Notes under the pieces: model-generated | Database searches by the model: none | Told to the model about the DNA's origin: nothing | The model's input: only the letters and a program-made list of their open reading frames with translations | Assembly: GCF_006345805.1 (NCBI RefSeq) | Contig: NC_043011.1 | Coordinates: forward strand, 23,448,464 to 23,512,463 | Origin: Octopus sinensis | Taxonomy: Eukaryota | Length of the DNA: 64,000 nt | Direction: 5' to 3' | Program-made: the position numbers and the translations under genes | Shown here: positions 25,396 to 37,940 of the stretch, piece after piece | Layout: the number at the start of each line of letters is the position of its first letter | How positions within the stretch are numbered: the stretch's first letter is position 1

Positions 25396-25925
25396 AAAAG
25401 AGAACACATATACACTGAGAGACTTGAACCCACGACATTCAGATCACTTATGGAATTTGCCTTAGAAGTCTGAGGCTCTGCTGTTTGAGCTATGCACAGT
25501 TATTTTATATATTACATGAACTACTGGTGTAATCCACTTTCATTGTTGTTTTATGCCCATGGTTCAGTGGATAGGGTGTTGGACTCACAATCATGAGGGA
25601 GTGAGTTCTATTCCTGACCAGACTGTGTTGTGATTTTGAGCAAGACGCTTTATTTCACATTGCTCCAGTTCACTCAGCTGTAGAAATGAATTGCAATGTC
25701 ACTGGTGTCAAGCTGTATTGGCCATTACCTTTCCCTTGGATAATATTGGTGGTGCATGGATGACTGCTGGTCTTCCATAAACTTTGTTGCTGCAATCCCA
25801 TGGTCATTCATGATCAAAGAAGGTCTTTACCCTTACCCTCTTACTCCTTTCAATAATAATTATTCCCACCACTTACTCAGCCCATACAAATTCCACAGTA
25901 GAGGTGGAAAAAGAAATATATAAAG

Positions 25926-25968
<43 letters not shown>

Positions 25969-26569
25969 ATGGCAGTCACTAGAGATCGAGAAAGACAGTT
26001 CTGCAATTTTTTGCTAAACAACCTGCAAGGATGATTCTTTTACCAGTTGGGATTTAAGACCCTAAAAACTTACATTACGTCAGTGTAATTATCTCTCAGA
26101 TGTGAGACTGACTCCAAATATCAATATTTTAAGATTCCCTAATTCTCTGTTGATTACCACTGGTGTCACGGCAGCATTGATGACAACTCTAAATAGCATG
26201 CCTCTGTTGTACTTGGAACTTATATCACCTCACTTAGCACTTTATACAACATCTCTATCAAAGCAGTCTATGCAATAACCCTGGAGCCAATGAAAGTGTG
26301 AAGAACCAATTTTAATGGCAACCTCTAAGCAGTTGTTGGCAGGACACCTTCCATTAATCATTGCAGGTAACTAAAATGCTCACACATGTATAAGAGGGGT
26401 AGAAACAATTGATAGATCGCTGGTATGTATTCAAAATTGATGATCATTGAACTAAATACAGAAGTCTTAGAAAACTTTACAGCAGTGAACCAATTAATAT
26501 GTAAACAAATCAAAAAATATCTCATTCCATGGTCTTGTGATTTCGATGTCAAAATTTACTACAGAGCTT

Positions 26570-27150
26570 TTGTTTTGTGACTGTGTTGTCTAAATAACCA
26601 TATAGTATCTGTGGTTTTCTGACATGACTATATATTCTCTATGGACTTATAACTTGCTTCTACAGTCTCTGATCTTATCAGTGTTGTCTAAATTGAATGT
26701 ATGACAACTAAGATCCTACAACTGTTATCTCAATTGACTATGCAGCATGTAGACTAAAATATGTTGTCTAATAGAGTTTGTATAGTTGTCTACAGTTAAT
26801 ATAGTTTCTACAATCTTATGATCATGCTAATTTCACGATATAGTGTCCACAGTCTCAAAACTGTCATATTAATGTATTAAATGGTTTCTATTGACTATGT
26901 GCTGAAATTGACAATACACACACACACACACACACATTCTCAATGGTTCTAGGTCTGCATTATGTACCTTGATAATATGATCTTTAAGAAACTATAGCTA
27001 TGTTGTCTGGCTATATAATTTTACGGGTCTTATAGCCAAAATTCACCACACAGTCTCTATGATCTTACAAAAGGGGTGTCTAAATTGGCTTTAAAATCCC
27101 TATGGTCTGATGTATGCATTGTCTTTGTTGATTATATAGACTCAATATCT
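26570..27150. repeat. Decayed ~42-bp satellite, block 3
   Basis: Same unit (TGTTGTCTAAATTGA...TATAGTC..TATG), more diverged. Confidence 0.7.
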
Positions 27151-27160
27151 TATGAATATA

Positions 27161-27680
27161 TCAGGTTGAGTAAAGAGTAAGCAATGTTTTGAACCATGAA
27201 GAATTTGTACCAGATTTTTGCAGAGTTTTCAATTTTTTAAAAACATTTTTTTTTTGCAATTGTCTGATAATACAGACATAGACTTGCCCAAATGCATCAA
27301 TAAATTAACATTGGTATTTTTTTCACCGTTGTTACAACCATCTGAAATGGAACAGTCAAAGCGCAATAGTCAAGCAATTTTGCTATTCAACTTCAAAAAA
27401 GGATGTAAAACAGCTGAAACTGCTCATGATATCAACGAAACATTTGGTGAGGAAATGACCAGTTAGCGGTCAGCTCAAAAATGGTTTAAATGATTTCACA
27501 GTGGAGACCTGAGCCTTGAATATTATGAGCATAGTGGACACTCATCTGTCATTAATGATGTTCAATTAAAGACTGTTATTGAGAAAGATCCACGTAAAAC
27601 CATTTGAGGACTGGCAAAAGAACTTCAAGTTAGCCAGAAAATTGCCTGCAACCATTTGCATGTGATTGGAAAATCTTGAC
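27161..27680 (+). mobile_element. Mariner transposon 5' fragment (N-terminal HTH region), pseudogenised
   Basis: TA then TCAGGTTGAG terminus; MEQSKRNSQAILLFNFKKGCKTAETAHDINETFGEE..*RSAQKWFK*FHSGDLSLE...KDPRKT..LAKEL. Confidence 0.85.
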
Positions 27681-28454
27681 AATGTATACTCTATGGCACT
27701 ATCACTGTGTAATTTAAATTTACCATATCAATTGTTTTGGTTGACTATTTCCAGAATGGAGACAATAATCTTGATTTATTTACACCAAACATTTAACATG
27801 TCAGCCTATAAACTCCATTACAGATGTAAAGAAAGACAACTCTTAGAGTATCCCTTTTCCTTTCAACTAACTTTAGCTATACACATACACACACACAAGT
27901 ACAAATACACAGGCACAAACACACACACACACATGCATGTATATATTTTAATTTGGCTAATCAGATTGTTTTGTTTAACAGTATCTCTCGACACCAGATA
28001 TAACAATGCAAAGATTCAGGCAAATTGGTTTTAGATACAAATCTAACACTGATAGCTATTGGCTTTCAGCTAATTCTCCCACTCTAGGTAAATGTTTCAC
28101 TAGCAGATCAATTAATGTCTATAGGCTCACTCATGTGTGATGCATTGTTAGCAAAAGAGCAAACAACTTCGTTTATTAATTAAGTCATTAGTTATTGCAT
28201 GTATTTACGTAAATTTTATACGTAACAAACCGATGTGTATAGGGATGAAATAACTGCAACAGCCATTCAAAACAAACATAACCTTCACTAAAGTTATGTA
28301 ACAACATTGTTTACATATTTACATTTTTTGTCAGATATTTATCTATCTGTGTGTGTGTGTATGTGTGTATATACACATACACACACGTGTGAGTGTGTAT
28401 GTACATATGTTAATATATATGTGCAAGTATGTGTGTGTATATATATATAAATAC

Positions 28455-28491
<37 letters not shown>

Positions 28492-30187
28492 GCATGTATG
28501 TGTGTGTGTGTGTGAGTATGTATATATATATACATGTGTGTGTATGTATTATTTTGCACATTACTTAATCATTGTTATATGTTTTATCGTATTTCTAATC
28601 TTTCTATAAGATGTAATTTTTCTAAATGGTATAATTTAATTTTTTCATTATTGAATTGATAAAAGGTGGTTTTTTTTCTAATTTATATATTTATATATGT
28701 TTTCAGTTGTCTGTTTAAGTAGTCTGCACTGTCTGCACAGTCTTACAATTGTGTCCAAGTTCCTTATATAGTCTTTATGAAGTTTCATCACTGTGCCTAA
28801 GTTTCAGCTGACCTAAATATAATAAACATCAAACAGGTGACTTAGGAATTGCACATCAAGCTCAATAATGATATTTAGCATTTCTTATAAGAAGAGCACT
28901 GTAGCTGAAGAAATGACACAGTAAAGCGGAAAGCACATGACACATGAAGAAAGTCTGTAGAGATGTACAGAATACTCAGCCAATATCTGAAACAAACATT
29001 AGTAGCAGTTGCTGACTAACAAATGAGACAAATCTCTTTACTTTATTGCTTTCACAGCAGCTAAGCAGATAAAGGAGAAATCAGACTAGTCTTGCTTTTT
29101 AAGAAGCAATCTTTCCAATATTTTTTAGAAAAACAAATGAACATGCTTGCTTACCTAAATAGCGCATGCTCAAATTAAATTTACAAAATCCAAAACTTTT
29201 TTCCTAAGTCAGCTTGACATTCCATGTAAAAAATCACCTTCCTAAAGTCAGGAAAGATAACAGGAAGATAACTGAATAAGACAATAATAAACTTTGTGCA
29301 AACATTGGAGACCTAGCAGCATGAATGATGTTGAGAAAACTGCATGATAAATAATGCTGGTAGATGAAGTAAAATAAGCTGTTTGCTAGTAAAAGAGCCG
29401 ACCTTTCATGTTTATACTTGGCAATGCCACTGAGCATCCTCATGATTTTACACTGTGTGTGTGTCCATCTGTTCATCCCCACCCTCAGTTTTAATCAATG
29501 TGGCCTAAGTTCATTTAACGAGCTGAAACCATAGTGATAAAATGAGAAGTTGGAATAAGGGAAAGGACAAACTGAAACTATGATGATGTAAGGGGAAGTT
29601 GAAATAGTGATGAGATAGAGTTAGCTGAAAACCTGGTCTGGCAAAAGACAAAAAACTGTCAAGAAAGACATGCACCTGTTTCTAATTGTCTCAAGGTGGC
29701 TGTGGATCAGAAAGTATGAGTCCTGGAAAGAGCAGTTTTATCAGGAGTAGTGCAAGCAAGAGAAAATCTGGGGCTTGATCAATCCTGGCTGGGTTACCTG
29801 GGTGAGGGTGTCTGATGTTGAAAGACCTGAAACTCCTAATGACCCCTCAGAAAACATCACTGAGATATAGAAAAACAAAGACTAAAGCTTGTTTTTGAGA
29901 AACATAAGGATTTTTTTCAAACTAACTTTGTAGAAAAGTCTGTAACAATGACTCCGTGTAGATAGAGACAGTGGGGAAAGATACATATCTAAATAAAACA
30001 GAAGATGGGAAATGTGCAAATGAAAGAACAGGTTTAAGTTAATATTTCAAGAAAACCATAACATACCAAGTAGGGAGTTTACAAATAATATTGAATATCA
30101 CATTTGAAAAGATTGATTTGTTTCTTCTAAGCAAAACTAACACTGTAAGACATTATCAATAATTTTTTTTTTTCCTTACACTGATAG

Positions 30188-30278
30188 CTCAAGTAGAAGG
30201 AAAAACAAAGAAATCTAAATTGGACCTTGCTAGATGTAAACAACTTCAAAATTTACATAATAGTTTAAAGAATAGAAG
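30188..30278 (+). CDS. Possible plus-strand exon (xQVEGKTKKSKLDLARCKQLQNLHNSLKNRx)
   Basis: Acceptor ttttttttccttacactgatag, donor gtaatt, and an open frame. No homology recognised. Confidence 0.3.
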
Positions 30279-31184
30279 GTAATTTTAAAAACTCTAACGT
30301 AGTGGTGTATATCTGTAGCAAATTAATTCAAAGAAAGATAACCAAATTGAATACATTATAGTACTAACTTCAATTTTGATGTAAGTTTAAAAAATATTTC
30401 AAAGTGTTAGGTAGAAGTAGCTTTATATTATCCAGGCTCAATAATATCTAATAATGTACACGTAAAAAGCACCATCTGATCGTGGCTGTTTGCCAGCCTC
30501 ATCTTGCACCTGGGCCGGTGGCACGTAAAAAGCACCCACTACACTCACGGAGTGGTTGGCGTTAGGAAGGGCATCCAGCTGTAGAAACATTGCCAGATCA
30601 GACTGGGCCTGGTGCAGCCTTCTGGCTTCCCAGACCCCAGTTGAACCATCCAACCCATGCTAGCATGGAAAGCAGACGCTAAACGATGATGATGATGATG
30701 ATGATGAATGCACCATAGTTGAAGTGGTCAACTGAATGTACTCCTTAAGATGACTAGAGATCTTTTGATAATAGTATATTAACTTATAAATTCTAATGGT
30801 TAGAATTCCTTATATTTTGTTAAAGAAATGAAATGGCCAAGTGGATATGATACTGGAAAACTCTCTATGAGTTATGTTTTGTGGATCTCTTAACAGAATC
30901 CTTTATTCTCTAATTACATAACTGTTGAAATAAATTTCAAAATTATTTAGAAATATCATCTATTTAGAGTGATAGTGTACAGAGCAGGTTGAGGGTTAAG
31001 AGAGAGTATCATCTCTTGTGTCTTTTTCAAACAGCATAATATCAACAGGTGCTTATGTTTGCTCATCCTTTTAAGACCCCTTTGTAAATATGTCATTCAG
31101 TATCTGCTCATTAGTGAACAACCAGCTGGGCCACAGTATACAAGTGACATACATGAAGCCTGCATTCAATAATATCAACCTTAA

Positions 31185-31394
31185 CCCTTTCGATACCAAA
31201 CTGGCTCTGGCTCTGAGTACAAATGTCTTGTTTTCATATGTTTTGAATTAAAATTTTCCACCAAACCTAAGTCACAATTCATGTTCCTAACACTAGCTTA
31301 ATGATGACTAAGTTATTTTACTAAATTCTTTGTTATATTTAAAGTAATTGAAAGAAACACAGAGCATCTCAAAATAAATACAGTAACGAAAGGG
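31185..31394. mobile_element. piggyBac-type MITE
   Basis: TTAA-CCCTTTCGATAC ... GTAACGAAAGGG-TTAA. Confidence 0.8.
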
Positions 31395-32635
31395 TTAATG
31401 TTAGACTGGTAATTACTTTATCAACATCAGAAGGATAAAAAGCAAAGTCAACTGCAGTGGGATTTTAACTCAAAATGTAAAGGTCTAAAACGAAAGGATG
31501 CTCTAACAATTCTGTCAATCCACAACATACATAAGCTGCTGTTAAGTACTAGTTTTGGAAGCACCGTTAGCATGTAGATATATCCACAAGGTCTCAACAA
31601 CACAATGATCTGGTGTCATGGGAAGAAACACCATCTTGTCTCTTTAAAGTAAACTAATGTAGACAGACTTAGTCTATATCAATACTGAGTAGAGAACGTG
31701 TCATAATGATTATATAAATACTGCGAAATTACTGGAGTGTTGTTGTTTGCCACTATATTGAATATATTTCCAATAAGACTGCTGCAACTGTTTGATTGGA
31801 TAGGAATGTTCTCTAACAAGATTATTTGCCATAGATTCACATGTACAGATAGGTTACAAGGTGATGCAATGGCTCCACTGAAGAGAACACCATAATACTT
31901 ATTACATTAAGCAGCATTTATCACAAACCATTCTATAGACTGTAAATTAATTACTTCAGCAAGAGAGAGAGAGAAAGAGGGAAGAAAATTGTATCAAAGA
32001 GAGAGAGAGTATAATTTTTAACATTAAAACAGGACTATAATAATACCAAACTAGTTTGAATGAAAAACATGCAACTATATATGAGAAAGGCTTTGGGAAG
32101 AAAACTTTTGCACATAGTAAAAACTGTGGGAATAAAATTGGAGAAGGAAACCCCAGAAAATGGTTCGAATTAGAGAAGGACCCCCAGATGAAAGAGAATA
32201 TCTTATGTATCAAATGAAAGAAAAAGTTTTGTATATCAGATGAAAGAGTAGGTCTTATGTATCAGAGGGAAGTGTAGATATTACACATCATTTATGATAT
32301 TAGAAAGAAGATACTGGATATGAGATGTATTATGTAATAATATCTTACAAAGAAAATGAAGTTTCAGTAAGAAATATAAGAAAGTAATCAAGTAGAAACA
32401 GACATTATATTTACAATTCTATAACAGAGAAGTCATTTAATTTTTAATTAGTGAGGTTTAAAAACTAATTTTTTTTTAAATAACTAATTAAATGACTTAA
32501 TTATAATGCTGGAAACTGTCTTACAAAAAAAAACACAAAAACAATCTAGATCTCAGAAAAAAATAAAGCCTTCATAAATTCTAAACTTCACAATGGACAT
32601 CAAATATAGAAACAGGACCTTATTTTGGAACTAAC

Positions 32636-32858
32636 CAAAAATTGAGGCTGCTTAGTTCTATATAGCTACAGGTTGACTCAATGAACAGTGTCACTATGTA
32701 GACAGAGATTATGGGAAGATCTACACAACTAGATAAAACAGAAGATAGATGGACTATCCAGCTTGTTAGCCAGCCAGATAGATCAAAGGCAGTTAGATAG
32801 AACTGATGTGGTCGTGGTGACAATGGTGCTGGGTGCATTTCTAAACTAATGTGATCTG
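32636..32858 (-). CDS. Possible exon (DHISLEMHPAPLSPRPHQFYLTAFDLSGW...)
   Basis: Tandem acceptor tagcag, open frame for about 220 nt, donor gttagt. Confidence 0.3.
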
Positions 32859-32969
32859 CTACCATTAGAATATAAAGCAAATATTTTTAGGAGTGGAAGG
32901 AAAATTATTATTCATCACTTCAAAAGTAAGTTAATAATGGTAAAAATAAACAGAAGAAATAACCCGTGG

Positions 32970-33001
<32 letters not shown>

Positions 33002-33913
33002 GTCAGTGATGTCAGTGCACTGGATGGTATTGGTTTACTGGTACCTTTTAGACAGCAACAGATCTGGATCTGGAGTCATTCAGATTAATTTTACATCTAA
33101 TTGCCTGGTGTGAAAAGGAACAAGAATGAGGTGTGGAGGACGAAAAAGAAAAGAGAAAATTCGGTCATCATGGTGGTGGTGGTGGTGGCAGAGGGACTTC
33201 AAGGGGGGCTGGAGGTGTTGAAAGAAAATTCAATATAAAACATTTATTTACATGAAACAATTATAACCACACACACACACACACTTTCTCCCCCCCCTCT
33301 CTGCCCTTCAGTTCTCTCTCCTCTCCACCACCTTCGTGCATGCACACACACACATTATTTATTATCATTTCTTTATGTATTCCAAGGTATCTTGGCAACT
33401 TTTCTGGTTCAAATTATTTCCTTTTTTGCTTTTTCCTCTTTTTTCTGTGTTTGCGTTGCAAAGCAAACTTTACAACAATCAAAGAACCTCCCTGTTGCAC
33501 CGAAACAGAAAATGCGACCACTTCCTCCACGGTTATCACTATCATTACAAAGTGATTAATCAACAGAAATAAAAAAAATAAAAAAAGATATAATTTGTAC
33601 CAGAATAGTTACTAAATAAATAAGAACAACCCAATAACATCAAGAATCTATCATAATTAAAATGATTGCAACTGAAACTATTTCTTAAAATTCAAAAAAC
33701 ATGATACTATAGAATGAAATCAACAAAAACAAATACAGTATAAGTTATTAGCATATACAAAATATTCATAGAAACACATAATTTTTTTTAATACAATACA
33801 TAATCAATAATAATATTAATAATAATAATAATAATAATGAAACGATAAAGGTAGCATTTTGCTCAATATAGCATATTAGTTTAAATAAACAAACAAAGCG
33901 ACTGTGTTTGTGA

Positions 33914-33946
<33 letters not shown>

Positions 33947-34354
33947 TTTGTGTGTTAGTGTAAGACTATTAGAAAACAAGCAGGAATAAAGACAAAGAAA
34001 ATATGAAAAGATCAAGTAGGAGAGATATGTAGATGCTGGTGATGGGGGGTAGGGGCATTAAACTCACCTCTGTATAGGAGTTCAACTCCAACTCTGTTCT
34101 TCCTGTTTCTTTTTTTTTTTTTAATCTCTTGTTTATGCACATTCATAACACACTCACCCACCCACATGTGAAATATTACACTCTGTAAGTGGTTGGCATA
34201 AGGAAGGTCATCCAGCAGTAAAAATCACGTCAAAGCAGAATTTGGATCTCAGCACAACCCTCTAGTTTGTCAGTTCCTGTTGAACTAACCTAACCATCCC
34301 ACCATGAGAAAGGGATGTGAAATGATGATGATGATGACATATGTATGTGTGTAG

Positions 34355-34398
34355 TATGTATATATATATATAATATTATATATATATATATTATATAT

Positions 34399-34430
<32 letters not shown>

Positions 34431-34435
34431 GTATG

Positions 34436-34484
<49 letters not shown>

Positions 34485-34685
34485 GATATATATATTATAT
34501 ATATAAATATATATATATTTTATATATATATTATATATATATATGTATGTATATATTATAATATTAAATTATATAATATATATATATTAATATATGTATA
34601 TATAATAATATTATAATATATGTATATATATAAATATATTATATATATATATAAATATATATATATATTATATATATATAAAATA

Positions 34686-34728
<43 letters not shown>

Positions 34729-34741
34729 ATATATATATATT

Positions 34742-34775
<34 letters not shown>

Positions 34776-34826
34776 TATATATAAATATATAATATATATA
34801 TAAATATATATATAATGTATTATAAT

Positions 34827-34875
<49 letters not shown>

Positions 34876-34938
34876 TATTATATAAATATATATATATATA
34901 TATAAATATATATATATAATAATATATATATAGTATAT

Positions 34939-35014
<76 letters not shown>

Positions 35015-35073
35015 AATATATATATATAAATAAAATATTATATATATATATAAATATATATATATATAGATAT

Positions 35074-35100
<27 letters not shown>
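34355..35100. repeat. Long imperfect (TA)n low-complexity tract ending in (GA)n
   Basis: About 700 bp almost entirely A/T alternation. Confidence 0.95.
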
Positions 35101-35107
<7 letters not shown>

Positions 35108-35175
35108 GAGGAGGAGAGACAGACAGAGAGATAGATGTGTGTGTGTGTGTGTATATACAGTAACTGATGATTTAC

Positions 35176-35202
35176 TTTAAACCTAGGTTTCACACTAGTT
35201 AC
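35176..35202 (-). CDS. Candidate microexon (20 or 27 nt; VTSVKP[R/S] or VTSVKPRFK)
   Basis: Branch-point ACTAAC, then tttgtgtctttttag. Donors gtttaa after 20 nt or gtaaat after 27 nt. Phase 0 fits the 35783 exon end. Confidence 0.4.
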
Positions 35203-35782
35203 CTAAAAAGACACAAATTCTCATCGTTAGTTAAAAAAACCAAAAAAAAAACTGTGAAACCCAGGCAAGAATAAAATCTCCAGTTCCTACATTCATGTGT
35301 ATGTGTATGTGTGTGTGTGTGTGATGTCTGTACAGAGAGATGAAAAGAAAGTGACACAATGGATGCAAGTTTTTAGTTAATAAAAAAAAAAGCAGATAAA
35401 TGTAATAGAAACATTTTCTTTTTTTTTTTTTAAGTGTTGAGTGTGACAGGAGTGCATTTAACATGAATGAATAAATTAAGCAACCAAAAAATACCAGATC
35501 ATGATGGAAATTTTAATAATAATTAACATATGGCAACAACAAAAATTAGCAATAAAACAACAGGTTAGTAAATGAGGGGGTGAAAGGCAATGTTTAGTTT
35601 AACAATAGGAATTAGATAGCAGAGAAGAGTGGCAAAATAAATTTTTAAAAAAAAACCCAATGCAGCCACAAACAGTTCTTTTGTCTAAAGCAACATAACA
35701 TTTCTCTAGCAAAAGAAAAATATTAATAATGGGGTGGTTAATATTAAAGAAATATAATTGTATTAAGGTCGTTAACACTAAC

Positions 35783-36039
35783 CACTTCTTCTGGGTGGTC
35801 ATCTAGGTTGCTCGCCATCACATGGATAGCAGATTCTCTAATGACAGACTGTGCAGCCCGTAACACGTTGGGGTCCGTGTCGTAATTATCTTGCGCCTCC
35901 AAGGCACTGGCATATGACGTCTCTGTGCTACTGCTCCCTTTCTTCATGGGAGATACTTTATCAGGTGTTCCAGACAAAGGAGAAGTACCTGCCAGTGTGC
36001 CAGCCTCACTGGAACTGAAGGGTGCAAAAGACTGGGAAT
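35783..36039 (-). CDS. Internal coding exon of an unidentified protein (S/T-rich disordered segment: DSQSFAPFSSSEAG...RAAQSVIRESAIHVMASNLDDHPEEV)
   Basis: Acceptor ttggcttctcttccag, donor gttagt, 257 nt open (phase 1 to 0), GC-rich relative to the flanks. Confidence 0.75.
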
Positions 36040-37053
36040 CTGGAAGAGAAGCCAATGGCGCAAGTACTCAGTGGAAGAGATTAAAAGAGGAGGAAAACCT
36101 TAGTTTAGAGCGGCTTTATCAGTCAACTCTGTAGTGGCACAACACCAAATCATTATAATCATTACAAAAAAAAAATAACTTACTTAAACAAAGGTAAATA
36201 TAAGAAAAAATAAACAAAATGTCTAAACAACTACACCTTATTGACATGTCAATTCATATGTTATAATCTTTGGCAGTGAGGAAAATATATAATTTCACTT
36301 CATTTTTACATCTGTTTTTGCATGCTAGCATGGAATAACAGATGTGAATAATGTATATAAGTATGTATATATTTTGAGTGTGTAATTTATTTAAATTTAT
36401 TGTTACACTGATTTCTGTCAAGATTTTTTTCCTTTTGAGAAAATAAGAGCAAAAGTGAAGTTTTCAAAAAAATACCACTTTTAATAAAGTTTGATATTAA
36501 ATATCCACAATCAACCTTAGCTTTTAATTGTAATAAACTAAGTGAGATAAGTGTATACTATATGATAAAAATAAATGCACCCTTTTAAAGCTCAGCCAGG
36601 CTCCTGGGCCCAGTTTCCTGGTTTCAATGGCATATGTGTTCCCCAGTTTGCCAGTCCATCGCAGCATTACTCATTTTTACCAGCTGAGTGGACTGGAGCA
36701 ACGTGAAATGAAGTGTTTTGCTCAAGAACACAACATGTCACCCTGTCCAGAAATCGATACCACAATCTTACGATCATGATGCTGACACCCTAACCACTAA
36801 GCCACGTGCCTCCACGTATACTATATAGCATAGCTAATAAAGAGGTCACCAAAGTTATATATTTACATCTGACCACTAACTCATATCAGACTACCACAAA
36901 ACACACCAGCAATACTTTTAGCTACCATACAACACACCAACACTGTGACATCTCATACAACATACCAACCTCGCCAGACATTAACATAAAACACTACCTC
37001 ACTTCTTAATAAGGTACAATAGATATCAAGTCTTCACTATCATTTATATATTA

Positions 37054-37250
37054 AGAGGGTGCTGAAAAGTTCCTGGCTTTAAGGGTATCACAAAAGGCCT
37101 GACTGGAGGCCCAACCTAGTGAGTTCTTTTAGAGGACTTAGAAAAACTGAAGGATTGCTGCAAGGGGAATATGTTGAATAAAATCATAATTAACTGATCC
37201 TCATGTATTTTCTTTTACCCAAAACCAGAAACTTTTTAGCACCTTCCTCA
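37054..37250. mobile_element. Mariner-type MITE
   Basis: TA flanks; TIRs GAGGGTGCTGAAAAGTTCCTGG and CCAGAAACTTTTTAGCACCTTC. Confidence 0.75.
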
Positions 37251-37714
37251 TACATACAGAGCATTCTAGTTTTGTCCATCATTATCCTATCTATTCCCAA
37301 GATTGATATTGCTATACAGTATTGAGTATTGGTTCAATCAATGTTCTTTCTAAGAGGGAATTTTTATGTGCTTACTTAACCTGCTAGAAATATCAGCCAA
37401 ACATCTCCTTCAAAATACACCCTACCATCATAAAGAGACAACGGATGTACTGGAAGCTAAAGAATGTTCCTGAAAACAAGACAGGATTGCCATGGCTTAT
37501 ATACCGTGTGCTTTGCTAATCTTTCAAATGATTTTTCTCTTGAATCTTATCTTGGATGTTTGTTTGTGTAGCAGCAACATTGTTCTAGATATGAGAGAAG
37601 TACTCCAATGCAGAGATCTTATATCAATTTTACAGAGACTCGCCAAAGAAGTTTAGTGCCTGTCGTGTCTGCATATTTTTTATCATTTATCTTCTATTTG
37701 TTTCACTAATCTTA

Positions 37715-37940
37715 TTTCTTTATTGCCTGCAAGGGGCTAAACAGAGAGGGGACAAACAAGGACAAAGGGATGAAGTCGATTACATTGACCCCAGTGCGTA
37801 ACTGGTAGTTTATTTATCCACCCCGAAAGGATGAAAGGCAAAGTCGACCTCGTCGGAATTTGAACTCAGAACGTAATGGCAGACGAAATACCGGTAAGCA
37901 TTTCGCCCAGCATGCTAACGTTTCTGCCAGCTCGCTGCCT
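37715..37940 (-). mobile_element. SINE family A copy
   Basis: Full-length reverse match. Confidence 0.85.

Noticed and set aside
28747-28812. Start-codon exon MKLHKDYIRNLDTI with good splice signals
   Set aside because: The sequence matches a degenerate satellite unit on the other strand and all through-frames contain stops; not supportable without RNA data.
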